A DNA stretch of 64,000 nucleotides, taken from Eledone cirrhosa. Taxonomy: Eukaryota. Of the stretch, positions 37,359-51,573 are shown one piece after another. The DNA is taken from assembly GCA_964016885.1 (NCBI GenBank), contig OZ024746.1, positions 48,236,001 through 48,300,000 on the forward strand, given 5' to 3'. The notes beneath the pieces are model-generated. The model saw only the letters and a program-made list of their open reading frames with translations. It was not told the DNA's origin and searched no databases. The position numbers and the translations under genes are program-made. Positions within the stretch are counted from its first letter, which is position 1; each line of letters opens with the position of its first letter.

Positions 37359-40300
37359 TATTTTGTTTAATAACAGATATTTACACATTTCATTGTGTAA
37401 CTCTTTCATCTGAATATATGTTTCTTTACCAAATTTTCCTAGACAGTTGAACATGCCTACTTTACAGTCTAACCACCAATTTTCAGATTTCAAAGGCTAC
37501 TGGAAATGTATTGATACAATAAATATATAGCATGGTAGTTATCTACAGATATATAGTATATTAGTGGTTAAAGGTGCTAAAATACTAACCTATTCAATGG
37601 ATTAAGACCTCTTACTAACAGCAGATACAAGTTGTATCAAGCAAATTGTCTACGATGACTATACCAATGAGTCTCTCACTACACTTCTGGTTTAATAACT
37701 ATGTAGAAGAGGTCCTAACCTGGAAATATGAAATATAAGGTAAAAGTGTATATTTTTTTTATTTTTTATTCACATTACTTTATTCTCTTTTTCACTTCTT
37801 TTTTTATTTCTAACTTGCAAACAACTCTAAATACATATTTCACAATACTTCATATAAACTATAGTAACCTACAAGTTATGGCTTCCAACTTGGCTATAGC
37901 CACTGTGCTAAGCAATATCATTATGATTACTCTACAAGAATCCCTTTGTCCCTATACACTACATTCATATTGCTGTGTCATGGAGGAATAGGGTGGAGTT
38001 TTTAACCAAATGTGTAATGCTAACATAGAAAATAAAGATTCCAATAGTTTTCACTCTCTTGACAATGGTGTGTAAGATTTCTTTTATGTTTCTATAACTG
38101 TGATTTTACAAATCAATCTATTTATAACAAGGTCAGACTTCATGGCAGTGGGAATGTTATACTTTTGTGACTTGTAAATCGAGAAAACATCAGTGATATT
38201 TTATGTGGTCGATCATTATTCCATTTCCACCAAAACAGACAGCATAGCAATAAAAGAAACCAATATTCTATCATCAAAAAACATTTTTAAAAAGAAAAGT
38301 AAGCAAAGCAGAAGATTTGTCCATCCAGCTTAGAAAAGATAGATGTCTTTTAGGTATTGCGTTAAATGATATATATTAGCAGATTATGGCTAACTGGTTA
38401 AGAAGTTCACTTTGCAATCATGAAGTATTGGGTTTGATTGAACTCTGTGGATCCTCGGTAAGTGTCTTTTACTTTTTAGCTTCAGGCCAATTACAATCTA
38501 ATGAGTGAAATTTGATAGATGGAAACTGTATGAAAGCCCATTAGATGGGATCTAGCCTTGACACATTGTAATGCCGTTTTGGTTTGGCTTGAGAATTACA
38601 ATAAGAGCAGACATGTCTGTTGAATGAGTAGGTAGTTCAGTTGATTGAATATATAAATACTCATTGATAACACTGACAGAGGATCCAACAACATCATAGA
38701 AATTGCAGAAACTTGCATAGGGGTCAATAGATGTTCCTGTAGAGTGCAGCTATTACAAACTAGCTAAACAAAATTAGATAAGGTGATTCTTTAATAACAC
38801 AAGGAAGTATTGAGGAATAAAACCATTATAAGCTCATTGTTGAATATTACTTTCAATCTGAAATAATGGATTAATAACAGTATACTTCAGCTTCAGATAT
38901 TGAAATTGGAAAATAAGTATAATATGATGAAAATTGAAATGCCAACATTTCATTAAAACAAGAATTCTAAATCAAAGCCAAGAATATGGTTCTGTTGAAA
39001 ATGTCAGCAAAATCTTCAAATTACACTCTACCATCTTGGAAATGGATAGACACACTGGATAATGTAGACTTAATTAGACAATGGCCAAGTAAAGGTGGGA
39101 ATGATCATGGCTAGAAGGTTTTTCATTATCTTAGGGTCAGCTGAAAAGTTCCTAGACTGACCAAGATACTCTCATGGAATGACCAAATAAGTAAGCAGAG
39201 ATTACAATTGGAAACAAAAGAGAGATAGACCTTGAATGTAATCATAGCAAGAGCTTCAAAGCAATTTAGAAAAATGTTGAAGTAATCAATAATTAAGCTA
39301 AATTTCAATATTATGAAAACTTTCATTAAACTGACATTTACAAGTTATTGTTGAGAGAGAGAGAGCGAGAGAGAGAGAGAGCGAGAGAGAGAGAATAGAA
39401 TGCATGCTCAGAAAATGATTTGACTTGAAAATTTTTGAAATAATCTTGACATGCATGCATACACTCATGTATGCATTCAATCAAGTTTTCTCTATCTCTG
39501 ACATACTCCCACGTCATGCTAGTGCTTAGCTTATAACTTATTTATAAAACTGAGGGAACTTTTTTTACAGTCGTCCAACCTGCTAGAAATAGCAGCTAAA
39601 TTCTTTTAGCTTACTGTCTTTAAAGAAGCGAGAGAATACAGTGGTCAATGTAGTCCTACATATACATGAAGATGGGAAGACCCTGGTGACAATTCCTTGG
39701 ATCAGAACAGAGCAGAAGCTAAATAATGACTACTAATTTACTTCAGAAATATATGGTTTTTTGTGGCTGTGGGTTCACTCACTCTGTGTAAGACTTTGGG
39801 AAAGTGTCTTCTACTATAACCTCGGGTTGACTTGTGAGTGGAATTTGGTAGATAGAAACTGCAGAAACCCATTGAGTGTTTGTGTGGATCTATATTTATG
39901 TCTTTGGTGGTTCGAAAAAAAGAAATCAATAAGTGCCAAACTTGAAAAAACAAGTACTGGGGCTCAATATGATCAACTAAATGGCAATTCAGGCAGTGCC
40001 CCAGCATGGCCACAGTCCAATGATTGAAACCAGTAATAGAGTAAAAGAATAAAGGTTTTGAGAGTACCAACATTGTAAATACACAAAGAACACACAGTCT
40101 TTTTTTTTAAATAGTTAAGAACCAATTGCTTCTTTTTTTTTAATTTTAAATTGTATCTTTATATACTAAAGCAAATCAATATAACTACATAAACTCAGTC
40201 TCTTGCCAATACTGGAAGAGAATCATTTTAGTTTGAGATCTCAGAATTGAAGAAGAGAAGAGAAATGGTAACATCAATTAAATATAATTACAGCTCTACA

Positions 40301-40545
40301 AATCAGTCTGTTATGAAATTTGCTTCGGTTGTTTTTTATTTTTTTACTTTTTTTTTTTTTTTAAATTATATGTTTGAATTCCCATGCCGGAAAGGGTTAA
40401 ATTCATTTAGAATTTTAAAATATGTATGTTTTTGCTGTGTTTTGCATTGTTTTTCTTTTACTGAAACAGCAGCTTTACTTCTAGTATGCTATCCCTATAG
40501 CTAACTACTTAATTATAAAAATGGTATTGTTTTGTTTTCAGTTAA

Positions 40546-40758
40546 CCTTTTGATTAGTACCAAACTATTTAAAACCTTCCAAGTTCTATAATTTAAATAG
40601 ATAGAATTATTTTTAGATAAATATAAACTAAGTTAAGTTCTGTTCCAAACACCAATTTATAATGAAAAAGTTATTTATATTAAAAAAGTCCATTCAAATT
40701 CTTGATTATTTGATAAATTATTTTAAAATCTGAGGCAATGTTTTTAATAACAGAAGGG
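40546..40758 (-). mobile_element. piggyBac-type MITE P2
   Basis: TTAA flanks, CCTTTTGAT...GAAGGG ends, and reverse similarity to 3050-3293. Confidence 0.55.
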
Positions 40759-40979
40759 TTAAGCAAACAGATAGCAACAGCTGTGTAGGAATATACATCA
40801 CAGTGTCCTTAGAATATTGATCAAGATGCTGGAAGCTAAATAATGGAAACCCACCACAGCCCTCCTTGCTGCCCCAAAAACTCTGTAACCAATGTACTTC
40901 AAATCCTCAATTACTACCCAGTAGCAAAACTGTTTAATAGTGTGTATATATATATATGTGTGTATGTATATATATATAA

Positions 40980-41321
40980 TCATCATCATCATCATCATTT
41001 TACGTCCGCTTTTCCCTGCTTGCAAGGGTGGGACGGGAACTGATTCTGGCTCGATTTCTATTGCTAGATGCCCTTCCTAACACCAACCTCATTTACAGTA
41101 AGTGCTGGGTGTTTTTATGCCGTGGCACCTCCACGACCACTTTTGCAGTGAAATTATATGGACCCCAGTCCCTATCATCTCATTTCTACAGCTGAGTAAA
41201 CTGGAGCAATGTGAAATAAAGTGTCTTGCTCAAGGAAACAACACATCACCCGGTCTGAGAATTGAACTCACAACCTTTCGATTGCAAGGCCAATGCTCTA
41301 ACCACTAAGCCATGTGCCTCC
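40980..41321 (-). mobile_element. SINE family A (left member of an inverted pair)
   Basis: Full length, with (CAT)n at the left end and the head at the right end. Confidence 0.92.
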
Positions 41322-41377
41322 TAAATATATATGGAGCTCTAACCAATAAGCCATGTGCCTCCTATATATATATATAT

Positions 41378-41418
<41 letters not shown>

Positions 41419-41423
<5 letters not shown>

Positions 41424-41753
41424 ACATGGCTTAGTGGTTAGAGCATTGGCCTTGCAATCGAATGGTTGTGTGTTCAATTCTCAGACCGGGTGATGTGTTG
41501 TTTCCTTGAGCAAGGCACTTTATTTCACATTGGTCCAGTTTACTAAGCTGTAGAAATGAGATGATAGGGACTGCATCCCTATCATTCCACTGCAAAGTGG
41601 TCGTGGAGGTGCCACAGCAAAAAAGCACCCAGCACTCACTGTAAATGAGGTTGGTGTTAAGAAGGGCATCCAGATGTAGAAATCAAGCCAGAATTAGTTC
41701 CCGTCCCACCCTTGCAAGCAGGGAAAAGTGGACGTAAAATGAAATGAAATGAT
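41419..41753 (+). mobile_element. SINE family A (right member of an inverted pair)
   Basis: Full length, reverse complement of 40980-41321. Confidence 0.92.
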
Positions 41754-42028
41754 ATCATCATCATTTTACGTCCGCTTTTCCCTGCTTGCAAGGGTATATA
41801 TATATATACAGTAGGATATAAATATATATATATATATCTTACTAGCTGTATTGTCAAATTGAAGTATCTCCACTTATATTTAAAAAAAAAAACTTCCACC
41901 ATAAATCATTGTAAAATTGAAAAACTGTTTTTTCTAAATTTATATTTCCAAAGAAATATTGCTGTACATACTTTTTATATATATATATATATATAAAACA
42001 AAATTTTACAAAGTTTCTTATAAAAACA

Positions 42029-42032
<4 letters not shown>

Positions 42033-42120
<88 letters not shown>
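42033..42120. repeat. (GT)n microsatellite, about 44 units
   Basis: Visible directly. Another lies at about 50802-50864. Confidence 0.98.
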
Positions 42121-42121
<1 letters not shown>

Positions 42122-43006
42122 ATATTGATTTTTAGTTTATACTTGTCAATTTCACAAAAAATCTTGTTTATACATGATGCATGCTGTCAAGAGCAGAGAA
42201 ATTTATTAGTTTTTTGGGGTGTGTTTTTTTTTCCCCCATCGGATGGATTTTGGCTCCATATAAAATGGAAAACAAATAAAATCAATGTTACAAGTCCATA
42301 CAATTTTTCACTATATTCAGTCTATAATTAATCACTAGAGCAGAATGTTAATGCACTTTGGCAATTCAAAAAAAAAAAAAAAGAAATAATAATAATGAAT
42401 ACTGCTGTGATAATAAGCAACTTGATAAAATATATAGATAATTTTTTCTCTCTATACTAAATAAACATTGTTCATGATGATGCTGTTGATGATGATGGTG
42501 TAATTATTGTTTGTAAATATTTGTTATAGATAATGGATATGTAGTTTACTATGTATTGCTCACTGTACGTATGTATTTCTATAATAGCAAACAATTCTGT
42601 CCAGCTAAAACAAAATGAAAAGAAAACAGTTTTGTTTTGTTTTGTTTCTTTCTACAACAGTAAATAGAAATGGCACCATCTTCAAATGTTTACGATAGTT
42701 ACAGACAATACAACCGATAATCATTCATAAAATCACTGCAGCAAATTCTAGGCATTGAAAGTTATGTGATAGGTGAAAACCAACTCTTATAAAAAGGAGG
42801 GTGGTTTTTTTAAAAATTGATTAAACCATACCATTATATATATTTTTTAGAATTATCTATTCTTTTTCTGATATCTCTACCAAAAATATATTGATGTGTT
42901 CATAAATATGTCTGAACACCAACAGAGGCAAGTGGGCTCACAATAATAAGGTAGAGAGTTTGTTTCCTGGAACAGGCAGTACTTTGTGTCCTTGAGCAAG
43001 ACACAA

Positions 43007-43225
43007 CCCTTTAGCATTTAAACCAGCCATATCCGGCCAGAATTCTCTCACCTCTTTCTGTACAAACTGGCTGTAACCCGCCACTCATACTGTTATTGAG
43101 GTATTGTTCTCAAAATAAATGATATCAAAATCTCATAGATTCGATATTATATGAGAATTATGTGAGGTAAAGCATTTACCATGAAAATACAATAGTATAT
43201 ATAGAGTAATGTAAATGCTAAAACG
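43007..43225 (+). mobile_element. piggyBac-type MITE P1 inserted in a CORE-like SINE
   Basis: The flanks rejoin as GTGTCCTTGAGCAAGACAC..TTCACGTTGCTCCAG. Confidence 0.85.
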
Positions 43226-44939
43226 TTAATTCACGTTGCTCCAGTTCACTCAGTTGGCAAAAGTAAGTTATATCTGTAATTCAAGGGGCCAGCTTTGTCA
43301 CATATTGTGTCACACTGAAAACTACATTAAGGGTGCAAGTATCTATGAAATGCTCAGCAGCAGCTTACATGTTAATTTCACACATGAATGGCTAGGCTCT
43401 AATGCTAGTAACTGAGTAGAAGACTCCATTAAAGCTACCCAAGTCCTAGTCCAGCTATGCAGTTAGCTTACCACTCCTCTATCTCAATAAAATTTGATCA
43501 CATGAATACATTCATTCTGCAGTTATTTGCAATTCTAGAGAACCAATTCAACTGTTTGATTTTATTTTGCAGTAGTTAGGTAGGTTGGCAAATGAAGATA
43601 AATTACCAAAATGTCTCCAAATAAACTAAATGAAGAATGAAAGAAGGAAGGAAAGAAAATTTAGGTAGAAACTCAAGTTAGAATTTGTTATAGAGAGGAA
43701 GACATTTGAAAGCAATTATTATATTCTGCAACATATTCTTTGAGATACAAAATCTATTTCCTTACAACACCACATTCGAAACAGGTTGTGTCTCTTTTTC
43801 TTCCCTGTCTTCTACTATTGCTACTATAAACTAAAAATAACTTAAACTGCTATCAATAAATTTGGCTGCTGTTTTGAATAATAGTCAGATTGCAATTTAT
43901 ATAACATTTGGCAATAAACTAGGACAGGGAAGGAAAGAGGAGGTGAATAAAGAAGATTGAATTAACGTTTTCGGTAAAGATATTTAAAACCAATAATCAA
44001 ACAATTCACATATATTTGTTAGATTCTACAATCAGACTTCAGATAAATGTTATTCTTAACCTTTTAATCTTCTATTGGTTTCAGTCATTAAACTATGGTC
44101 ATCCTGGGGCACTGCTTTTGAGAATTTTAGTCAACTCACAACTCACTCATTTCTCCTCTCATCACTCTTGTGAGTAATTCCCCAATTCCACTCCCTGACC
44201 ACTACCTTTAGTCCTTCCTGTCCAGTGCTAGTGGAGCTTTCTCTCTCTCCCCCCAACTGTTACATCCCAGATTCTCTCCTTTGATCCAACAGATCTGTCT
44301 GTGTCGGCTCAATGACATAATTACTTAAGCAAAAGCATGGGACATACTAATAAGTCACACTCAATTGCAAGGATGTATGTCTATATATATATTCATTTAT
44401 TTATACATGAGATTCCAGATTTCAATCAATCCAACATAAATCTTTAAGGTAATGTATGAATAAATATTTCACTCTACTTACTCAAGTAACACATGTCTAA
44501 AATATTGACTTAAGACAATTTATTACAAGTATTAATTTCAAGAGAAGGGTAGTTAATGGAAGAAACAATACGACAGGAATGCCTTGTGGTATATAACTAC
44601 AACCCTTTAGAGTCTGAATTCAAATCATGAAGCAATTGATTTTGCGTTTTCTCATTTCAGCTTTGATAAAATAAATAAGTTGAGTATTATAGGGAGATTG
44701 AATTGGCTATCTATTCTCCCCTAAAATAGTAACAATAGTGCTAATTGGCACTGTCCATGTCCTGTGAAGGGCATTATCAATTTAAATACCTTTAGTGTTT
44801 TGTTCATACCCTTATGGTATCATTTGTATGCCAATTCATTGTTAAATGCATGTATTACCAAATTTTGCCTCAGGTGTCAGGTTGACACATGGCAAGATAT
44901 GGGAAAGAAGCAGAGTTCAAATAAGTCGCACATAATAAT

Positions 44940-45145
44940 AATAATTGTTTCTACTTTAGGCACCAGGCCAGCAATTTTGAGGGAAGGTAAAATCAATTAA
45001 ATCGACCCCAGTGATTTACTGGTGCATTATTTATCGACCCTGTAAGGATCAAAGGCGAGGCTAACCTTGGAATTTGAACTCAGAACGTTAGGACCATAAC
45101 TATGCTGCAAAGCCTGTTGTCCAACGTCCTATCGATACTGCCAAG
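44940..45145 (-). mobile_element. SINE family C, long-tail variant
   Basis: AATTGTTTCTACTTTAGGCAC...TTTATCGACCC...TTTGAACTCAGAA...GATACTGCCAA. Other partial copies at about 15368, 17890, 48640(+), 51400 and 57727. Confidence 0.8.
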
Positions 45146-46216
45146 TAGTAGTAGTAGTAAATATTTCACCTTATACTTACATCAGAAATTAATAATTGAT
45201 TTCAGCAATTTAATGTTTAACCAATAAGAGAACAATGAAATGGTCAGAGTATCGAGAAATAAACTAAAAACCTGGAAAAATGGGTTTGTTGACACATCTT
45301 TAGTTAACTAGTAATTAACCCATATAGATTTAAGATCAAGAATATTTTTAAATTTCTATATTCATAACCAAATAACATATAGGATGAATTGGGTTAATAG
45401 CATTAATGCTGAAGATTTATATGAAACAGATGCATTCTCATAATATACATACATAAGCATATTAGCACATAAATAAACACATTATGTATATTTACATATA
45501 CATGTGTGTGCATATGTATATATGTCCATGGGTAATGGGTATATATGAGTGTGTGTGGGTGAGTATATGTGTGTATATATCTATACATTTGTGAATGAAA
45601 GTGTTGTATGCATGTATTCGACTAGCAGTAAAAGTACTGATGCTTTGATCACCCAGCTTTAGCTGCAGTGACTACCCCGATATCAATTAGTCTGCAAAGT
45701 GATATACAGTGAGCTACAGCATAATGAATTCTTTGATAGAGAACCAAAGTATTGTGATAAGCATCAGATGAGTATTTTGTGTAAATGCAATATCAGACTA
45801 AGTATCTATCTATCTATCATCAGTGTTTAATGTCAACTATCCCTGTTAGCAAGGGTTGGACAGTTCTACATAAATCAAGTCAGTACTGAAGCGGGGCTAC
45901 TGACCTCCCAGACAGGCAGGGGGTTCTGCACCCTGCTTATATTTGGTTTCCCATTCTACCGAGTGCACAGGAGAGGTTGCCATATCTTTGACACTACAAA
46001 AAGGTCTTCCCAACCCTTTGTTTGGCAAGTTTTCTATGGCTGGATGGCCTTCCTATCACCTATCTATCACCAACCACTTTACAGCATGTACTGGGTGCAT
46101 TTATTGTGTAGATCAAAACTAGGGAGGTTGTCATGTCCTTGACACAGCTGAAGAGACCACCCAACTATTTGTTTGGCAAGCTTTCTATCACCTATCAATC
46201 TACATCTGTCTGTCTA

Positions 46217-46261
<45 letters not shown>

Positions 46262-46318
46262 CATATATATGCAAGCAGGGTAAAGCGGAGACGTAAAATG
46301 ATGATGATGATTATATAT

Positions 46319-46696
46319 GGAGGCACATGGCTTAGTGGTTAGAGCATTGGCCTTGCAATCGAAAGGTTCTGCGTTCAATTCTCAGACTGGGTGATGTGTT
46401 GTTTCCTTGAGCAAGACACTTTATTTCAAATTGCTCCAGTTTACTCAGCTGTAGAAGTGAGATGGGACTGGGGTCCCTATCATTCCGCTGCAAAGTGGTC
46501 GTGGAGGTGCCACGGCAAAAAAGCACCCAGCTCACACTGTAAAGTGGTCATGTAGGCGCCACAAAAAAAAAGCACCCAGCACTCACTATAAATGAGGTTA
46601 GTGTTAGGAAGGGCATCCAGCTGTAGAAATCAAGCCAGAATCAGTTCCCATCCCACCCTTGCAAGCAGGGAAAAGCGGGCGTAAAATGATGATGAT
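46319..46696 (+). mobile_element. SINE family A with two copies of the about 48-bp tail unit
   Basis: GGAGGCACATGGCTTAGTGG...AAAAGCACCCAGC (twice)...GTAAAAT(GAT)n, with (TA)n flanks. Confidence 0.92.
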
Positions 46697-47521
46697 ATAT
46701 ATATATAAAACGCATATGAGTGAATTGAATTAAGAGATTTAGTATTTAGTCTATATTAATTTTCAACCGTGACACCAACAGTTACATAAAGGTTATTGTT
46801 CTAACTCTTGAAGCATGCCAGAACAAAAATATATAGGTGACTTCCTAATCTCCAGTCAGTCGTACTAAAAAGCAGCTTGTATGTTGTTAATTCAAAAGCT
46901 TTAATTAATATTCTAGGTAAATATAATTACACCTTCAAATACTAAATAAGTACAAGGCAAGTGTTTAGCAACAATTATTGATTTTTTTTTTTTCCTGTAC
47001 ATGATCTTAAATATTCAAAATCGTTTGTGGATTATAGAGAAAAAAAATCAAATATATACATATATAATATTTGCATCTGATACTATTCACACCTGAAAAT
47101 ATTGCTATTATATTGTACACCTTTGAGAATTTCCAATATTAATAAAATTTATGAAATTAGTTTAAATGCTATCTTTGGTAATTTAGTCTAAATAAGAACC
47201 TGTTGTTGGTACAGCATTAGCTTTAAATGCAATTAGATTAATTAGATGCCTTTTGCTCATCCAAATAACACTCTGTAACATGTTCACCACTCAGATGTTC
47301 TGGTTTCAGTAAATGAACTGCAGCCAAGCTGGGGCATCATCTTAAAAATTAAAAGAATGGCATAGCAGGCTTGTGTAGCAATTAAATTCAGACCATAAAG
47401 GGACATAATTAAACACCACAAAGTATTTTGCCTGCAGCTCATCCAATTCTGCCACTCCAGCTTGGCAATAGATTGGAAGTTATGGAGGAAAATATAGTGA
47501 AATTTAATCAATGATATTTAA

Positions 47522-47730
47522 CCCTTTAGCAATTACATTATTCTATATTTACTATTATATTTTCATGGTAAAGGCTTTATCTCTCATACTTATCTCTCAT
47601 ACTTATCTATTTTGATATTTATTTTGAGAACAATATCTTAACATAAGTATGAGTGGCTGGTTACAACCAGTTTGAACTGAAAGAGGTGAGAGAATTCTGA
47701 CCGGATATGGCCAGTTTAAATGTTAAAGTG
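47522..47730 (-). mobile_element. piggyBac-type MITE P1
   Basis: Reverse match to P1 with TTAA-CCC at the left end. Confidence 0.85.
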
Positions 47731-50519
47731 CTAATATCTGTCCATAAATCTCATAACATGCTATATTATTAAATAACTACAGAAGACTCATCATGTAAAA
47801 TGTACGTCGAACCAATGTAGAAACTTCTATGTGTTTACTCCACTTGCTACCCTTTTAAAAACAGGAAGAACACATTGAATAATTTAGTGTGAAAAGAACT
47901 GTCTGAGATAAAGACAGAATGATTATGGCTAGAACTCTTAATCATCAGTCTACTGGACCGTGACTGACATCAGGCTAAACAACAAATTAAACTAAAAGAG
48001 TCTTTCCCACCACAGCCTATCAACTATAGCTAAATGTGAAGATAGGTAACAGACATTTTAAATGAGGACAGACAGGTTTGAGATGGTCACTACTTTTCAA
48101 ATGTCTTTAAAGATACAGGAGAAATGAAATGACTACAACCAGCAATCGAAAGTGTATCCTTTTTCCCAAGATAGGATGTGATTTTATATAAACTTGGCTT
48201 TTATTTCTAGCAGATCAAGCAGTTGCTTAGAGGTTCCCTTATTAGCTCACTTTCCCCATAGACAAAATAGAAAACCTACTGACCATTTCTTTTAACAATT
48301 CAACAAAATTATAAACTTAATTCCACCTCTTCAACACATTGTTATGACCAAATGAGAAAATATTTACGAGAAAGGTTCCAATACTGAATTTGAATATTGA
48401 TTTCTTATACAGACATATGGCATCACTTTAATTTATAGGAAAGATGCAATTCTCAAGAGCACTGCTTCAATAAGAGAAGAGAAATGGCCAACAGGAATTA
48501 AAACTTGGTAATAGATTTTGAAAGCTGGTTATTTACTTCTCGTCTGCATTACTTTCAACAGTACCAGCTAAATACTACTCAAGTTTACATAGGGATATAA
48601 ATAGTGTGAATTTTAGTAAGCAGTATAATTCATGACAAAAGGCAGTGAATTGGTAAAGTCATTAGAACGTTGGATAGAATGCTTTGCAGTATTCATTTCC
48701 ACTCTCTGCTCTCTGAGTTCAAATCCTGCCAACGTCAACTTTGCCTTTCATCCATTCAAAGTAAATAAAAAGAAAGTACCAGTCATGTACTAGGGTCAAT
48801 TCTTACTCTGTGTCACTTTCTCTCTTCCATTCTCTGGAAGAAATCTGCTGTATTCAACCTTGGAGAGGAGATGGGCTACGCCAGGTTTCAGAAATGCCCT
48901 AGAAACAGTGTATGTCAATACAATGTCTCTACGACTCCCCCAGGAGTTACGGGACCATGCATGCATAATTCATGACATGTCTATATTTGTGAGAATGAAA
49001 ATGACAATCATCTCACCGGAAGCTTAAATTAATAGAATAATGATTGTGGTAAACTAAATGATGGTTTTGATTCTGCTAATAAAACAGATGTTAAGCTGAA
49101 GGCAGAGCTTCGTAATAAAATTTATTTAAAAAATGTATATATATTATCATGCTGTTATAACTTAGCACAAGGTTAGTCCTCTTAAGCAGACCAATGATCA
49201 AAGATGCTCCAAATGTCACCGCATCTTATTTGTCTTAGACTGCATTATTCAATGTGGATTATGTTGTCCTTTTAAGATAGTCACTCGAATTGCTAGAAAT
49301 AGCAGTCTAATTTGACCAAATCACACCTTTAGAGGCATGTCATGTGTGTATATAGCTGCAAGTGTGTGTATGTATGCAAGTATGTGTGTATGTATGCAAG
49401 TATGTGTGTATGTATGTATGCAAGTATGGTATTTTAAATACAGTGAAATGATTTTAGAAATTTGATGGTAACAGGCTATCTTATTTCTACCTTTGATCTA
49501 TAAAGAAGTTTTCAGCCGATGTGTTAATATTTATTTGCAGTATATTTCTAAGTATATAATGAGTACTTCGAATAGAAGAGGAGTGTTTACATGAAAGGAA
49601 TGGTCTCTTAACCAATTAATGGAACAGATTTGTGTTATTCAGCATAAAATTGAAGCTAGTTGGCAAATTGTCATAATTAATTGCAAAAACATGTGATATA
49701 TCATATGTTGATAACAGACTTCTGTTGGTAACCATAATTGGATATTGTAGAATGTTGTATATGATAACCTATACATGCATAATTTACACACAGTGTTATG
49801 ATATGTTCCATGAAAATAATTAACCAGTTTTCATGTATTCAATGTTTAATGAAATACAACAGCAAAAGCATTTTAAGGACATTTTCCCTGCTAAGGAAGG
49901 AGTTGGCCTTGTGGGCTCTGCAGCAGATTTCATATCTATCATGGGGTCCTTTTTATGGCAGTCTTTTACTGCTGGTTGCCCATCCTGGTGCCAACCGTTT
50001 TACTTGCTTTATATGATATTCAGTAGTTTATTCTACCTATTCTAAATCAGATACATATAGTAAATATATTTTAATATATGAAATAGTGTTTTAAAATATT
50101 CAGAATTGTCTTAAAGCAAGTAGATACTCGCCTTAGTATCTAAGTCTGGATTCCCAAAGATTGAGGTAATCTATAGTTATCGGATTAACATAACAATGCA
50201 CGCAAAATCAATAGAGACTTAAAAAAAACATTTAAGAGTGAGATAGTAAATGAAACAAAAAGAAAACAACAAACAAAAAAACACCACAATATGTACCAAT
50301 GTAAAACATGTTAAGTTAACCTATTCGAAATAGCAGTTAAATCTCTATCAAATTACACCCATTTTAAAATGCAAGAACAAACTGGACAGAGTAATAGATA
50401 TTCAAAAAGGTAGAATGGTCATGTTTGCAATGCCTTTGATCCATAGATCTGCTCAATCAAGACTGACCTGGAACTAGCAACAACAATCACAAAGGGTTTC
50501 TTTCACTAACTCAAATTAA

Positions 50520-50740
50520 CCCTTTAGCATTAAAACCAGCCATTTCCAGCCAGAATTCTCTCACCTCATTCAGTTCAAACCAGCTGTAACAAGCCACTCA
50601 TACTGATGTTAAGGTATTGTTCTTAACATAAATAATATCAAAATCTCATAGATTTGATATTATGTGAGATAATTATGTGAGGTAAAGCCTTTACCATGAA
50701 AACATAATAGTAAATACAGAGTAATCTAAATGCTAAAGGG
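50520..50740 (+). mobile_element. piggyBac-type MITE P1
   Basis: TTAA on both sides, with TIRs CCCTTTAGCATT / AATGCTAAAGGG. Confidence 0.9.
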
Positions 50741-50797
50741 TTAAGGAATGATATTTGAAACATATTAGAAATATAAAACAGGTATCTCAGAGGATCT

Positions 50798-50867
<70 letters not shown>

Positions 50868-51573
50868 CACACACACACTTTTTTTTAGGTAATATTCAAT
50901 GGTCGGTTTCCCTTCCTGGTGTGAAGTCTTATTTTTAAGCATGGTATTTATTCCATCGAATTATTGAACTAAAAGACAGAGGGACATTAATAAACAACAC
51001 CGGTTGACTATGTGGCGTCACAATGAAGAGATGTGCAAAGACACACACACACACGTGTTCACAACATACATTGACTATTCTTCAGATTAATATTTAATTA
51101 TTTTTTTCTGATTAAAAGTATAAAATATAATAGAATAGAAATCTTAATGTTACTTCATTAACATCAGGTCATCATATGAAGCTAAATTTAAAGTAAACTG
51201 GAATAGGCATCATATTTAAAGCCTCCCAAGTTCAGAGCTCTAAAACAAACCTGATTATGTGTAATAAGACACGGAGAGATTATATTTATATTGGATGATT
51301 GCCTTCTTCATGATAATTAGAGTTATGTAGGTGAAAGCATGTTTAATTATTAAAGAAAGAAATAGATAGAGAATACTTCCATACAAAGTAAAAAATATAT
51401 AATTGTTTCTACATTTGGCACAAGGCCAGCAATTACCCAGTACGTTACTGGAACTTTATTTTATCAACCCCGTAAGGATGAAAGGCAAAGTTAATATAAT
51501 GATATTCAATGTGGTATATATTTGTCGTCAAAAAGTGAAGGAGACTACTTCAGATGTATATATACATTAGATT

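Noticed and set aside
46319-46395. tRNA-like A/B boxes in SINE heads
   Set aside because: No complete cloverleaf. They run into SINE bodies and are multicopy, so they are not called tRNA genes.
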